A stretch of DNA of 64,000 nt from Candidatus Woesebacteria bacterium (GCA_020060565.1 JAGVAE010000001.1:66671-130670), one strand, 5' to 3'; shown: positions 38,249 through 48,719, counted from the stretch's first letter. Numbers and translations are program-made. The notes: generated from the letters alone by a model not told the origin.

Positions 38249-38992
38249 ATGCCAGACCAAAATAAATCTGCTCAAGCTTCACCGTTTGAAATAATAACTC
38301 CTGGAAAATCAAAAAAAATGGGCAAGACTGGGATAATTGTTGCAGTCTCAATAGTTATATTTTTGGTTTTAAGTGTTGTTGCTGGAGTACTTCTTGTTCG
38401 TCAGCAACAAACCATTCAAGAAAAAGCTGCTTCTTGTGAGGAAGTATGTAGCGGGAATCTTCTTAAGAGTTGCCATCCACCAGACAGTGATGGAACGGCC
38501 AATGAAAGCTTGTGTAATCTAGCAGGAAGAGTGGAAACTTGCGGAGCTTCGTATACGAAATATTGTTGCCCTTCAGCAGGGGGAACTTGGACAACCAACA
38601 TGAGTGCGTGTGCAACGCCTACTCCAACTGTAACAGCAACACCTACGCTAACACCAACTCCTACTTCAACTGGAAGTACTACTACACCAACACCAACCGC
38701 TGGTGGAAATTCATGTAATAGCAGTTGCGGAAGTAATTCAAATTGCGAAAGTGGTCTGTATTGTTATTCAGGTTATTGTAGAAATCCTCTTTGTGCTAGT
38801 GATGCTGCTTGTAGCTGTGGAACAAAAACCTCAACCCCAACCCCAACCGCAACTTCTACTGCGTCAGCTGCAATTTCAGGAACTCAAACAACCCCTCTTC
38901 CAATTCCCGTAAGCGGAACTCATTGGGCAACTTTTGTGGGTATTGGGGTGGGGATAGTTGCAATTTTAGCTTCAGTACTTCTAGCAATTTAA
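38249..38992 (+). CDS. Surface protein with Cys-rich modules and Thr/Pro-rich linkers
   Basis: N-terminal TM, two Cys clusters, PTPT linkers, C-terminal IPVSG plus TM. Confidence 0.85.
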   Translation: MPDQNKSAQASPFEIITPGKSKKMGKTGIIVAVSIVIFLVLSVVAGVLLVRQQQTIQEKAASCEEVCSGNLLKSCHPPDSDGTANESLCNLAGRVETCGASYTKYCCPSAGGTWTTNMSACATPTPTVTATPTLTPTPTSTGSTTTPTPTAGGNSCNSSCGSNSNCESGLYCYSGYCRNPLCASDAACSCGTKTSTPTPTATSTASAAISGTQTTPLPIPVSGTHWATFVGIGVGIVAILASVLLAI

Positions 38993-39312
38993 AGAAGTTT
39001 TTTGAGTTTGAAAGTTGATTTAGTGGAAACAATCCCTACATGGTCTATCAAAGGAAATATTATTCTTAGTTCTGTCTGAAATTTTTCAGCTAAATTTCCC
39101 GTGTAATTTGCGTAACCAGCTTTTTCTGATTGAGAGCAAAGTTTATTTTCCCATTCATTTACAATTTTAAGTATTTTTTCACCTTCTTTATTAAATTCAT
39201 CCTGAAACTTTTCTTCATCCATACCATAATTTGCATGAAGAAGTCTAAATTCATCAAATGCTTTTTTATTTTCCTCAAGCATTCTATTAAAATATTCTTT
39301 GTATTTTGTCAC
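38989..39312 (-). CDS. Hypothetical protein
   Basis: Helical ORF with likely GTG start at 39312; no recognised function. Confidence 0.7.
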   Translation of the reverse strand: MTKYKEYFNRMLEENKKAFDEFRLLHANYGMDEEKFQDEFNKEGEKILKIVNEWENKLCSQSEKAGYANYTGNLAEKFQTELRIIFPLIDHVGIVSTKSTFKLKKLL

Positions 39313-39336
39313 AACGAAAATGGTATCATATTTATT

Positions 39337-39738
39337 ATGAACAAAGAAAGACTTGTAATCTGGGTAAAAATCTTGGCAGTTATTGGAATTCTTCTTGCAG
39401 TTTTTCTTCTTTGGGAACAAATGTTTAGACCAAGTTTCCAACCTTGCAACATTAACGCAACAGTAAACTGTGATGCGGTGATTTCTGGGGAAGTATCAAA
39501 AACGTTAGGTATTCCAACCCCCTTAATCGGGCTAGTTGGTTACATAATAATTCTTTTTGCAGCCTTCAGGCAAAATGCAAAATTAATTTTGGGAATGGCT
39601 CTTTTTGGGCTGGTATTCTGTCTTTATATTGCATATCGTGAGCTATTTCAACTTCATGTAGTTTGCCCAGTTTGTATTATGTGTCAGATTGACATGATCT
39701 CCGTTTTTATCCTAGGAATCTTTCTAAATAAAAAATAA
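39337..39738 (+). CDS. Vitamin K epoxide reductase (VKOR) family protein
   Basis: C-x6-C loop (CNINATVNC), TM helices and CPVC active site. Confidence 0.92.
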   Translation: MNKERLVIWVKILAVIGILLAVFLLWEQMFRPSFQPCNINATVNCDAVISGEVSKTLGIPTPLIGLVGYIIILFAAFRQNAKLILGMALFGLVFCLYIAYRELFQLHVVCPVCIMCQIDMISVFILGIFLNKK

Positions 39739-39779
39739 ACAGATAGTTTCAATTTGTTGAGGAGAAAGAATAATCTTCT

Positions 39780-41332
39780 TTAAGCTTTTACATTCTCCTT
39801 AATATATTTTGAAAGAAAGAAAGCGGGGATTATTGAAATTGCCATAAGGATGATGCTTACCAAAAACGTAGAGTCAACAGACTTCTGAGCAGTAGCCATG
39901 AGAGTTGTTTGGGGTTTGCCAACAAATAGCATGCCAATTGTTTTATCCCCTAAAGTTTTTATGGGTGCGTATACTGTGTAGTATGGACGATTAAGAATAG
40001 ATAGGGAACCTATATATGTCTCATTTTTTACCAAAACAGTATCTAGTACTTCACTATTAGTTTCAGTAGTTCCAACAAATCTTGATTTACCATCAGGGGC
40101 TGTAAACGTTGTTGCAGCTCGAATGTTATTACTGAATACCGCCACATCAAGACCAGTAACTTCTTTAACTCCATCAACAAACGCGCTGTCAATAATAAAT
40201 CCAGTGACAACAACTCCTTTATTTTTGATTGGGGAAGCCGCTTTAATGAGAATCTCGGGGGTGGAGTGGCTTGTGTTTGAAACAATTGTACTAAGTGGAT
40301 TACCGATAAAAGCACTCTTGACTACTAAATCTTCAGAAACATTATCTCCAATGCGATCTCTATCTTCAGCTCTCATGATTACTTCTCCCGATGAAGAGGC
40401 AATGGTTAAGAAGTCAGTTTCCTGTGAAAGCATAAAATCAGATGTAATTTTATAAAGTGCATCGGAATTATTTTCCCCCATGGCTTTTTGAAAACCACTA
40501 TCTTGAGCAATAGCCTTTGCATCTGAAAGAGCCTCCATTTGCTGACGATTCAGTGAGTATTGAAAAACATTTACGTCTGTTCTTAAATGAGATAGGGCAT
40601 CTGTCTCTAAGTTTCTAAGTAACAAAAAGACAAAGAAGAAAGTTATGGTTAAAAATATAAATAAGCTAGAACCGACAATAATTGTAAATATTTGAATTTG
40701 TAATCTGAAACGTATATAGCCCCAAATCCAAACCGCCAGTATTCCAGCACCAACAAGAAGTAAAAAGTGATGAATAGACCAAACAACTCCAAAATCAGCT
40801 AGAATTTTTGACCAGAAAACATTGGCCGTGTCTGACCAAAACAGTGACAGATTGATAATTTTTGCCATAGCAAGAAGTAAAAAAGCAAGTGCAGCTGGTT
40901 TGAGCTGCTTTTCTAATCCTTCAGTGGATTTTCGATAATAACAAAGAGCAACTATAATGGTCAAAACGGCCGAGAGGGGGAGAAGGGATTGGGTTATGGC
41001 AGGAAAAATCAAGGGAATAGCAACCAATGCCTTTACCTTTCCAGGCTTATGTAATATTGGCTCTAAAATCAAGCTATAAATAATTAGCCCTAAACCTCCG
41101 ACCTCGACTATCTGTGTCAACAAATTTACTATTGGAATATTTAGGGAAGTAGTATGGACGGCTGTAGCGGCAGCTAAAAGAAAAACCCCAGGCTTCTTAG
41201 AAGTGGAGTTTTACCTTTTTTATCTAGTTGCCAAGAATCCAAATATAAAAGACCTGCTGCAAAGAAAGTGAAAGCAGTAAAAACAGTGATTGCAAAGTGG
41301 CTGGTATTAAAAAACAATATTTGTGTTAACAT
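39780..41332 (-). pseudogene. Multi-TM Cache-like sensor-domain protein, frameshifted near the 5' end
   Basis: ORF from ATG 41332 stops at GGG TTT TTC TTT TAG; adding one nucleotide joins it to 39780-41123; Cache-like PYYTVYAPI...IGMLFVG before the final TM. Confidence 0.7.
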
Positions 41333-41347
41333 TTTCTTGCTATTTCA

Positions 41348-43396
41348 TTATTGCAAATTACTTAACTTTTCTAAAGCATCTTCTTGGCTAAGTACTCCAA
41401 CGTACACTTCCTGGATTTTTCCTTTTGAGTCTATAAAAAAGTGTTGAGGTAAAAGAGTGATTTTAAAATCGCTAGCACTCTGACCGTTTCTATCCACAAC
41501 TACCTGGAATTTATACTTTCCTCTTTTTACAAATGTATCCATGGAAGCGATTGAATCTTGAAGTGAGACAACTAATAAATTTTGATCTTTTAATAAGGAG
41601 CCTGTTAAATTGGAAAGAATTGGCGCCTGTTCAAGTGAAGAGCTGTCCCAAGTTGAAACAAAACTCAAAATAACTTTCTTTCCAGAATAATCTGAAAGTT
41701 TGATTTCTTTTCCATTCAAGTCAGGTAGAGACAAAAGGGGAGAGGCTGTACCTGGTGTAAGAATCAATTGTGATTCTGTGGTAGAGGTAATTGAGGGTTT
41801 AGTAAGTGAATTTGTTTTAACGGTTTGGGGAATAATGGTGGGTGGGCTAAGAACCACTTTACCAAAATAGGGAAGATTTAAAATGATTTTTGGTTTTGAT
41901 TGAAGTGGAAAAATAAAATTCAGTATTTGAGTTTGTGATATATCAAGTATTTCACTCTGTGTGGTAACAAAACCAGGAGCTTTTATTTCAATATAGTATT
42001 TTCCAGGAGGAACCATGTAGCTATAAGAACCATTCTGGGGTGTCTTTTGGGAATTTTCTTGGCCATACGACGTTGAATCCCACAGCATCCAGCTTTTTGT
42101 TGATGTCTCAAAAAGATATAAAGAAACAGTAGCTGACTCAATTGGACTTTTTGTTTTTTCTTCAACCACATTTCCAAAATCTTCTACCTGAATGGGGTAT
42201 AGATTTCTTTCCGTTTTATTTTCAGCCCCATCAATTGCGGATATTTTTATTTCTTTTTCTCCCTCGTTCTCAAACTTCATTTTACCAAACCAAATATTTG
42301 TTCCTGGTGTTTGAGTTAGGTCGAATGATTTTTCTGGAGTAACTACTTGAGCTTGGGTGACTCCACCTTTCATACTTAAAGCAATTGTGGACTCCGTACC
42401 TGCAACTATTCTTAATAAATTATCCTTATCTGGAGTGAGAATCTGTGAACCAAAATATTGTATGCTACCACCAATAATGGGAGGGATGGAGTCGACTATT
42501 AAAGTTTGAATTTCTGATTGACCTATATTTCCAGAAATATCAAAAGCACGAGCCTGAACAGGGTAGTTAGCATCTTCCAAAAACTTGGTTGTTAAATTGA
42601 ACTTAGAACCTACCAGAGTTGCTGTAAACCAAGTTCTTCCACTATCCAAACTTATTTCTACTTTGGAAATAGACAGATAGCTTGAACTAACAGCACCTGT
42701 TATGGTTGGAGTTTGGTCTTTTGTAGGATTAGGCAAAAATTTATTTAGGGTTACTTTTGGTGGTGATATTGTAATATCTGTTTTGGCAAAGCTTGATGAT
42801 TGGGTATATACATTGGCTAACGACTTGCCCCTAACAATCACAGAGTATGTCCCAATAGTAAAAATATTTCCTAAAGAGAATCTGTAATCTTCAGAAATTT
42901 CATCAAATTTTCCATCAACCGCTTCAGTACTTTTCCAGCTAGTACCATTATCAAGGCTGTATTCGACTGAATCAATTACACCGTTTGAAATTGATGCAGT
43001 TCCTGAAAAGTTTAACCCCTTTCCACTTACAGTAACTGACGGAAAATAGTTTGTTGTTGAAGATGTATCTGTTGAAGATGAACTGCTACCAGAATCAGAA
43101 GATGGAGTGGAAGTTGATCCTGGTCCTGGAGTTGGAGTTGGGGTTGATCCTGGTCCTGGAGTTGGAGTTGGTTGGGGAGGTTGGGTTGGGGGAGTTGTCG
43201 GTGGTGATGTGGGAGGTGTGGTTGGACAGGCTCCACAGTCCTGTGGACAGGTGTTACAATTTTCTCCTTGAGATGATTGACAAACCCCATTTGGACACGG
43301 AGCAGCTTCTACTAAGGGGGGGGTGGAAAGATTAAGCACTAAAAAGATAGATATTAGAAAGAAACTCAAAATGTACTTTGGGCAGACTTTTGACAT
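41348..43396 (-). CDS. Large exported protein: Cys/Pro-Thr region, Ig-like domains, carboxypeptidase-regulatory-like domain, C-terminal TlpA-like thioredoxin fold
   Basis: Signal peptide; VEYSLDNGTSW and ARAFDISGN (Ig-like); GSYSYMVPPGKYYI; LPDLNGKEIKLSDYSGK...LPQHFFIDSKGKI. Confidence 0.85.
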   Translation of the reverse strand: MSKVCPKYILSFFLISIFLVLNLSTPPLVEAAPCPNGVCQSSQGENCNTCPQDCGACPTTPPTSPPTTPPTQPPQPTPTPGPGSTPTPTPGPGSTSTPSSDSGSSSSSTDTSSTTNYFPSVTVSGKGLNFSGTASISNGVIDSVEYSLDNGTSWKSTEAVDGKFDEISEDYRFSLGNIFTIGTYSVIVRGKSLANVYTQSSSFAKTDITISPPKVTLNKFLPNPTKDQTPTITGAVSSSYLSISKVEISLDSGRTWFTATLVGSKFNLTTKFLEDANYPVQARAFDISGNIGQSEIQTLIVDSIPPIIGGSIQYFGSQILTPDKDNLLRIVAGTESTIALSMKGGVTQAQVVTPEKSFDLTQTPGTNIWFGKMKFENEGEKEIKISAIDGAENKTERNLYPIQVEDFGNVVEEKTKSPIESATVSLYLFETSTKSWMLWDSTSYGQENSQKTPQNGSYSYMVPPGKYYIEIKAPGFVTTQSEILDISQTQILNFIFPLQSKPKIILNLPYFGKVVLSPPTIIPQTVKTNSLTKPSITSTTESQLILTPGTASPLLSLPDLNGKEIKLSDYSGKKVILSFVSTWDSSSLEQAPILSNLTGSLLKDQNLLVVSLQDSIASMDTFVKRGKYKFQVVVDRNGQSASDFKITLLPQHFFIDSKGKIQEVYVGVLSQEDALEKLSNLQ
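43113..43170. repeat. 30-nt-period direct duplication encoding a PTPTPGPGST linker
   Basis: GTTGATCCTGGTCCTGGAGTTGGAGTTG occurs at 43113 and 43143. Confidence 0.85.
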
Positions 43397-43458
43397 ACAA
43401 ATAGTATCGAATTCATTGTAGTATATAGATGAGGGGTATGCTACTGGATACATATCTG

Positions 43459-44460
43459 ATGTTTAAAAATAAAAAGATTTTTATCATTATAATTGCAGTT
43501 ATCCTGGGAATTTTGGCTCTGGTTTATTTTGTCTGGCGTTTTTTGCCTGTAAAAAAGGTTGTTGTGGGACCCAAATGGGTTAATCAAGCTCAATTTGCAG
43601 GACTTTTTGTTGCTAAAGATAAAGGGATTTATAGGAAATACGGACTAGATACTTCATTTAGGGAATTTAGTTCTGATGTAGATCTTTTTAGCGATTTGGT
43701 TAATGGAAAAACAGATTTTACTATAACAAGCGCTGAAGAATATTTACTAGCTAGAGATAAAGGACTGTCAGTAATGGCGGTATCTGCCTATTACCAATCT
43801 TCTCCTTATGCGATTGTATCTTTGACTGAAAGTGGAATCAAAAACCCAGCTGACTTTAAAGGAAAAGTTCTTGGAAACAAGAGTGGTAAAGTCGAAGAAA
43901 GTTTGATCTACGAGTTGCTACTTAATAGCGTTGGACTAACAACTAATGATGTTCAAATTAAGATTTTGGGATTTGATAAAAAAGAGATGGAAAATCTTGT
44001 TATGAAAAATGCAGATGTAATTGATCTGTATAGAACCGATCAACTTTACTTTTTTGATAAGGAAGGGATTAAGTACAATATTATTTACCCCGAGCAATTT
44101 GGCATAGGAACTTTTAATGACGTATTGGTAACAAGAATTGATTTAATTAAATCAGATCCAGCCCTTGTTCGAAATTTTGTACGTGCAAGTTCTGAAGGTT
44201 GGGAGGAGGCATTTAAAAACAAATCTAAGGCGGTTGATTATACCCTGAACCATGTGACATCGAATGCATATAAGGATCGTGATTATGAGATGTATATTTT
44301 GGAACAAAGTGAGCCACTAATAAAACCTAATTCAAATAATCGCATAGGCATTATGGATTATATACATTGGGATAGATTATATAGAGAGATGAAGACTAGA
44401 AAATTTATTACAAAAGAATTTTCAGTAAATGATTTGTTTACAAACGAATTTCTTCCCTAA
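43459..44460 (+). CDS. NMT1/THI5-like substrate-binding protein
   Basis: KWVNQAQFAGLFVAKDKGIY...GLD motif; N-terminal TM anchor. Confidence 0.88.
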   Translation: MFKNKKIFIIIIAVILGILALVYFVWRFLPVKKVVVGPKWVNQAQFAGLFVAKDKGIYRKYGLDTSFREFSSDVDLFSDLVNGKTDFTITSAEEYLLARDKGLSVMAVSAYYQSSPYAIVSLTESGIKNPADFKGKVLGNKSGKVEESLIYELLLNSVGLTTNDVQIKILGFDKKEMENLVMKNADVIDLYRTDQLYFFDKEGIKYNIIYPEQFGIGTFNDVLVTRIDLIKSDPALVRNFVRASSEGWEEAFKNKSKAVDYTLNHVTSNAYKDRDYEMYILEQSEPLIKPNSNNRIGIMDYIHWDRLYREMKTRKFITKEFSVNDLFTNEFLP

Positions 44461-44462
44461 AT

Positions 44463-46685
44463 ATGTTTAAACTGCTCAAGTCTGGTTTTTCTACTATTAA
44501 AAATAATATTGGTTTTTTGGTTGGATTCCTTTTGTTTTTTTTAATTTTTGTTGTTGGATCATTTGTTGTAAAAAATTCAATATATAAAATTAGTGAAGAG
44601 CGTTTGTCTGCAAGGTTTTTGACAGAAACTAGCACAATGTTGAGAGCGACTCAAGATAAAATAGAGAAATATGACCTTCTTCTTAAATCCGCTAGATCTC
44701 TTTTTTATTCAAGCAAAGAGATTACCAGAGCTGAATGGGAGGCTTATGGAAGCTCCTTAGATATTTCAGCAAATTACCCATCACTTACCGAAATAGCATA
44801 TGTTCGTCGAGTATTGCCGTTGGAGAAAAATGAATTTATTGACAATGTTCGTTTGGATAAATCTATTAATCCGAAAGCATATCCAGATTTTGATATAACT
44901 CCCAAAGGAGATAGTGATGAATACTATATTGTTGATTATTTATATCCCTTAAATGGGAATGAAGAAGCCTTTGGTTTTAATGTTTTTTCTGATTCCGCAA
45001 GAAGGATGGCTATCGAATTGGCACGCGATACGGGTTTAACGGCAATAACAGAACCGATAATGTTCATACAAGAAAAAGGTGGAGAAAAGGGGTTTTTGAT
45101 GCTATTACCTGTTTATAAAAATGACAAAGTTGATAGTCTTGAAGGAAGAAGGGACGATATTCAAGGTTTTATACTAGCAGCGGTGGGTGCTTCTGATCTT
45201 TTTTCTCAAATTGTTCTTTCAATTCCCTTAACTAGTCTTTCTGGATTAAGTGTAACCGATGTGACGGATAATTCAGCGGTTTTACTTCCCTATATAGATG
45301 TTCTAGGAAGAAGTACAAATGACACGGGAGAGAATATACCGACAGTTCAAACTTCGAGAATTAGTATTGGATCCAGAACGTGGCGAATAAATTTTAGATC
45401 GGACACAAAGCCACAAATTGACAATTTGGGACTAATAACACCATATGCATTATCCATTTTGGGATTTGTTATTTCTCTTTTGATTGCATTGGTACTTCTA
45501 AACTCAGCTAGACTCAAATCGAAAGCAGAGAAATTAGCAAAAGATCTTACTAAGGATTTGGAGAAGTTTAAATTAGCAGTTGAAAATTCCTCAGATCATA
45601 TAGTAATAACTGATGCAGAGGGGAATATTGTATATGCAAATAAGTCTGTAGAAAGGATAACAGGGTTTTTAATAAGTGAGGTCATGGGTAAAAAGGCTGG
45701 AAGCAAAAGTCTTTGGGGTGGGCAAATGGACTCGGAGGTTTATAAAAAGTTTTGGCATCAAATAAAGGTTGAGAAAAAGTCATTCTCGGGAGAATTTAAC
45801 AATCATAGGAAAAATGGTGAGCAATATGTGGTTGAAGCCAACATTTCTCCAATTCTTGATCAAAACAATGAAGTAATCTTTTTTGTTGGTATTGAAAGAG
45901 ATATTACAAAAGCCAAGGAAATTGACAAAATGAAAGATGAGTTTGTATCAGTGGCTTCTCATGAGCTTAGAACTCCAATGACTGCTATCAAAGGTCTTGT
46001 TTCAATGATTCTAGAAGGGGACTATGGTGAAGTTGGCAATAAACTACTTCAACCGTTGGGTGATATTGCTCTTTCAACAAATAGACTTATTCACTTGGTC
46101 AACGACATGCTAAATCTCTCAAGAATTGAATCAGGAAGATTAAAGTTTACCTTGAAAGAATTTGACCCAACAGTCCTTATTGGTGGAGTAGTGGAATCTT
46201 TAAATCCTATTGCCAAACAAAAGGGCATAATACTAAAAGTTGGAACTGTAAGTAAGGCTAAAATTCTTGGTGATGAAGACAAAATAAGCCAAGTGTTAAA
46301 CAATTTAATTGGAAACTCGTTAAAGTTCACAGATAAAGGATCAATAGTTGTTGATACTGAGACTAACGAGAACTTTCTTAAAATTTTTGTTAAAGATACT
46401 GGGGTTGGTATTGTCAAAGAAGATGTAGAAAAAATATTTGGAAAATTTGAACAAATTTCATCAATTCAAAAAGGAAGACCTCAGGGAACAGGTCTGGGTC
46501 TTTATATTTCAAAACAAATAGCCAATAAGCTTGGGGGAGATGTTTGGTTAGAAAAATCTGAACTTGGGAAGGGGTCTGTATTTGGTTTTTCACTTCCTCT
46601 TATGCAAAGTAAAATTGCAGAAAAGATTAAAGCTGAGATTGCAAAAGAAGAAAAGAATAATCCCAATCAAAAGGAGATGTCTTGA
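44463..46685 (+). CDS. CHASE-PAS sensor histidine kinase
   Basis: Two TMs flanking a CHASE domain (RRMAIELARDTG...ITEP); PAS/PAC; H-box SHELRTP; N, G1 and G2 boxes. Confidence 0.95.
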   Translation: MFKLLKSGFSTIKNNIGFLVGFLLFFLIFVVGSFVVKNSIYKISEERLSARFLTETSTMLRATQDKIEKYDLLLKSARSLFYSSKEITRAEWEAYGSSLDISANYPSLTEIAYVRRVLPLEKNEFIDNVRLDKSINPKAYPDFDITPKGDSDEYYIVDYLYPLNGNEEAFGFNVFSDSARRMAIELARDTGLTAITEPIMFIQEKGGEKGFLMLLPVYKNDKVDSLEGRRDDIQGFILAAVGASDLFSQIVLSIPLTSLSGLSVTDVTDNSAVLLPYIDVLGRSTNDTGENIPTVQTSRISIGSRTWRINFRSDTKPQIDNLGLITPYALSILGFVISLLIALVLLNSARLKSKAEKLAKDLTKDLEKFKLAVENSSDHIVITDAEGNIVYANKSVERITGFLISEVMGKKAGSKSLWGGQMDSEVYKKFWHQIKVEKKSFSGEFNNHRKNGEQYVVEANISPILDQNNEVIFFVGIERDITKAKEIDKMKDEFVSVASHELRTPMTAIKGLVSMILEGDYGEVGNKLLQPLGDIALSTNRLIHLVNDMLNLSRIESGRLKFTLKEFDPTVLIGGVVESLNPIAKQKGIILKVGTVSKAKILGDEDKISQVLNNLIGNSLKFTDKGSIVVDTETNENFLKIFVKDTGVGIVKEDVEKIFGKFEQISSIQKGRPQGTGLGLYISKQIANKLGGDVWLEKSELGKGSVFGFSLPLMQSKIAEKIKAEIAKEEKNNPNQKEMS

Positions 46686-46721
46686 TTATGCAGTGGTATA
46701 GGGTTATATTTAATTATTGAA

Positions 46722-47135
46722 ATGGCAAAAATTCTAATTGTAGATGACGACCCGCTGTTGGTTCGTATGTACCAGACCAAGTTTGAAGGAGATGGAAATG
46801 AAGTTGTAACTGCGGCAGATGGCCATGAAGGCCTGGAAAAGATTGTTTCGGATAAACCAGACATTGTTCTTCTGGATATTATGATGCCCAAGATGGATGG
46901 ATTGGAAACATTAAGAAGGATAAAAGCTGACGCATCCATAAAAACAACTCCAGTTATAATGCTTACCAACGTTAGTTCCTCAGAAGCGGATAGTAATGAA
47001 GGATTGGAATTAGGAGCAGTTGCTTATTTGGTTAAAGCTGATTACACACCCAAAGAAGTTGTACAAAAGGTTAAAGAAATACTAGCTGCTTATAAAAGAG
47101 AGCTCCCCAAGGTTGAAGTTGCTATTAAAGGATAA
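46722..47135 (+). CDS. Single-domain response regulator (CheY-like receiver)
   Basis: ILIVDDD, LLDIMMPKMDG, MLT and YLVK; no output domain. Confidence 0.95.
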   Translation: MAKILIVDDDPLLVRMYQTKFEGDGNEVVTAADGHEGLEKIVSDKPDIVLLDIMMPKMDGLETLRRIKADASIKTTPVIMLTNVSSSEADSNEGLELGAVAYLVKADYTPKEVVQKVKEILAAYKRELPKVEVAIKG

Positions 47136-47203
47136 AACTTCAGAAATAAAGAGTAAATTAGTCCTTTCCAATAGGTATCTTTTCATATAAAATCCCGTAA
47201 AAT

Positions 47204-47977
47204 ATGGAATTTGAGGCAAAAAGAACAGAAACATCTGAGAGATTAAACCCTCCTCAGAACGGTTTTACGCGTGAAACTGTAAGCAGTTTTTTGGAAGAAA
47301 ATTTAGAAGCTGTATCGCAGGGAGTAAGATTTGCCATTAAAATAACAGGATCACCCCCTTTAGATAGAGGGGAATGGGAAGACCTTTTTCAAGATGGGAT
47401 GCTTGGAGTAGTTAAATATTTACCAGAATATGATTCAAATAAGTGTTCTTTATTTACCTTTATAGTTAATAGAGCTGGCTGGAAAATTTTGGATGAATTT
47501 AGGAGGATGAATCCAGTATCCAGAACTGTTGTTGAAAAATTGAAAAAAATGTCTGGAATGGAGACTGATGAAATACTAAAAAATGCTAAAAATACTAATG
47601 AGTATAATGCGTTTTACCATGCTTTAAATCCTCCAGTCTCATTAGACTCCTTTTATGAACGGTTGGAAGGATCTTCGTGTTCATCAGATGATTGTCTAGT
47701 TTTTGACAATGTTTTTGATGAAAAAGCTAGAAATGGACATACAAGACCTGTCGAAGATATTCTTAACGGCTATGAAATTTTAGATACTATACAACATTTA
47801 TTAGATCCAGAATCTACAACCCTGAATTGTAGGGAAAAGATAATACTAAAAAGACGAATTTGTGGAAAAACCATGTTAGAAATAGGCCGAGAATTGGGTT
47901 GTTCCGAGAGTAGAATATGTCAATTAACAGGGAAAATTGAAGAAAAGGTACATAAAAAGTTAGACGGAGAGATATAG
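47204..47977 (+). CDS. Alternative sigma-70 factor, FliA/WhiG-like
   Basis: Region 2 DLFQDGMLG...ILDEFRR...VSR; region 3 PVSLD; region 4 TMLEIGRELGCSESRICQL. Confidence 0.8.
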   Translation: MEFEAKRTETSERLNPPQNGFTRETVSSFLEENLEAVSQGVRFAIKITGSPPLDRGEWEDLFQDGMLGVVKYLPEYDSNKCSLFTFIVNRAGWKILDEFRRMNPVSRTVVEKLKKMSGMETDEILKNAKNTNEYNAFYHALNPPVSLDSFYERLEGSSCSSDDCLVFDNVFDEKARNGHTRPVEDILNGYEILDTIQHLLDPESTTLNCREKIILKRRICGKTMLEIGRELGCSESRICQLTGKIEEKVHKKLDGEI

Positions 47978-48234
47978 AAAACTAAATATTAAACTATGTT
48001 AGAATACGTTCTCATGAGTCTTTCTGTAGGAATACTTACCTCTCTGTCCCATCTTTTGGTTTTGGATTTATAGTTTCTCTTCCCGAAGCAATAGATAGAG
48101 ATCAATACTTCAAGGGAATAAAGTGGAACAGATAGTCTGTTCAAAAATGGCGAGACTTCAGATTGCATGAAAGAAATATACTTTCCTCTTTGTATAACAA
48201 GTAGACAGTATTAATTGAAGGGGGGTGAAAATAT

Positions 48235-48618
48235 ATGAATAAAACAATATTAACTTTATCAGCTATTGCACTCGGGGCAGGGGTATTATTTGCTAGCTCC
48301 TCAAGAGCACTTGCTTACAGGGGTGATCCTAATGTTCAGGGTCCTAACTACACTGCCGAAAGGCACGAAGCGATGATCAAAGCATTTGATAATAAAGATT
48401 ACAATGCTTGGAAAGGGTTGATGCAGAGTAAAGGCAGAGTTGTCCAAGTGATAAACGAAGGTAACTTTTCCAAGTTTGCCGAAATGCATAAACTCATGCT
48501 TGAAGGAAAGACTGACGAGGCCAATAAAATAAGAACCGAACTCGGACTTGGTCTTAAAGATGGTTCTGGACAGGGTCAGGGACAAAGGTCAGGTTATGGC
48601 AGAAATGCTAACCGTTAA
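48235..48618 (+). CDS. Small exported helical protein with Gly-rich tail
   Basis: Signal peptide (ALA), helical core, GQGQGQ tail; strong SD-like GGGGGTGA. Confidence 0.85.
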   Translation: MNKTILTLSAIALGAGVLFASSSRALAYRGDPNVQGPNYTAERHEAMIKAFDNKDYNAWKGLMQSKGRVVQVINEGNFSKFAEMHKLMLEGKTDEANKIRTELGLGLKDGSGQGQGQRSGYGRNANR

Positions 48619-48631
48619 AGATAAAAAGGGA

Positions 48632-48668
48632 TTACCAGACCTCACCTAAAAAGTGGGGTTTTGGTAGT
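48632..48668 (+). terminator. Hairpin/terminator after the exported-protein gene
   Basis: ACCAGACCTCAC / GTGGGGTTTTGGT imperfect stem. Confidence 0.45.
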
Positions 48669-48719
48669 GGAAATAGACAGAAAAATATATGGACGTAATT
48701 TATACTAAAATAGAAAATT

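Noticed and set aside
47991-48170. Possible ~59-aa minus-strand ORF between the sigma gene and the exported-protein gene
   Set aside because: It is short, has no recognisable motif, and overlaps the likely promoter region of the next gene.
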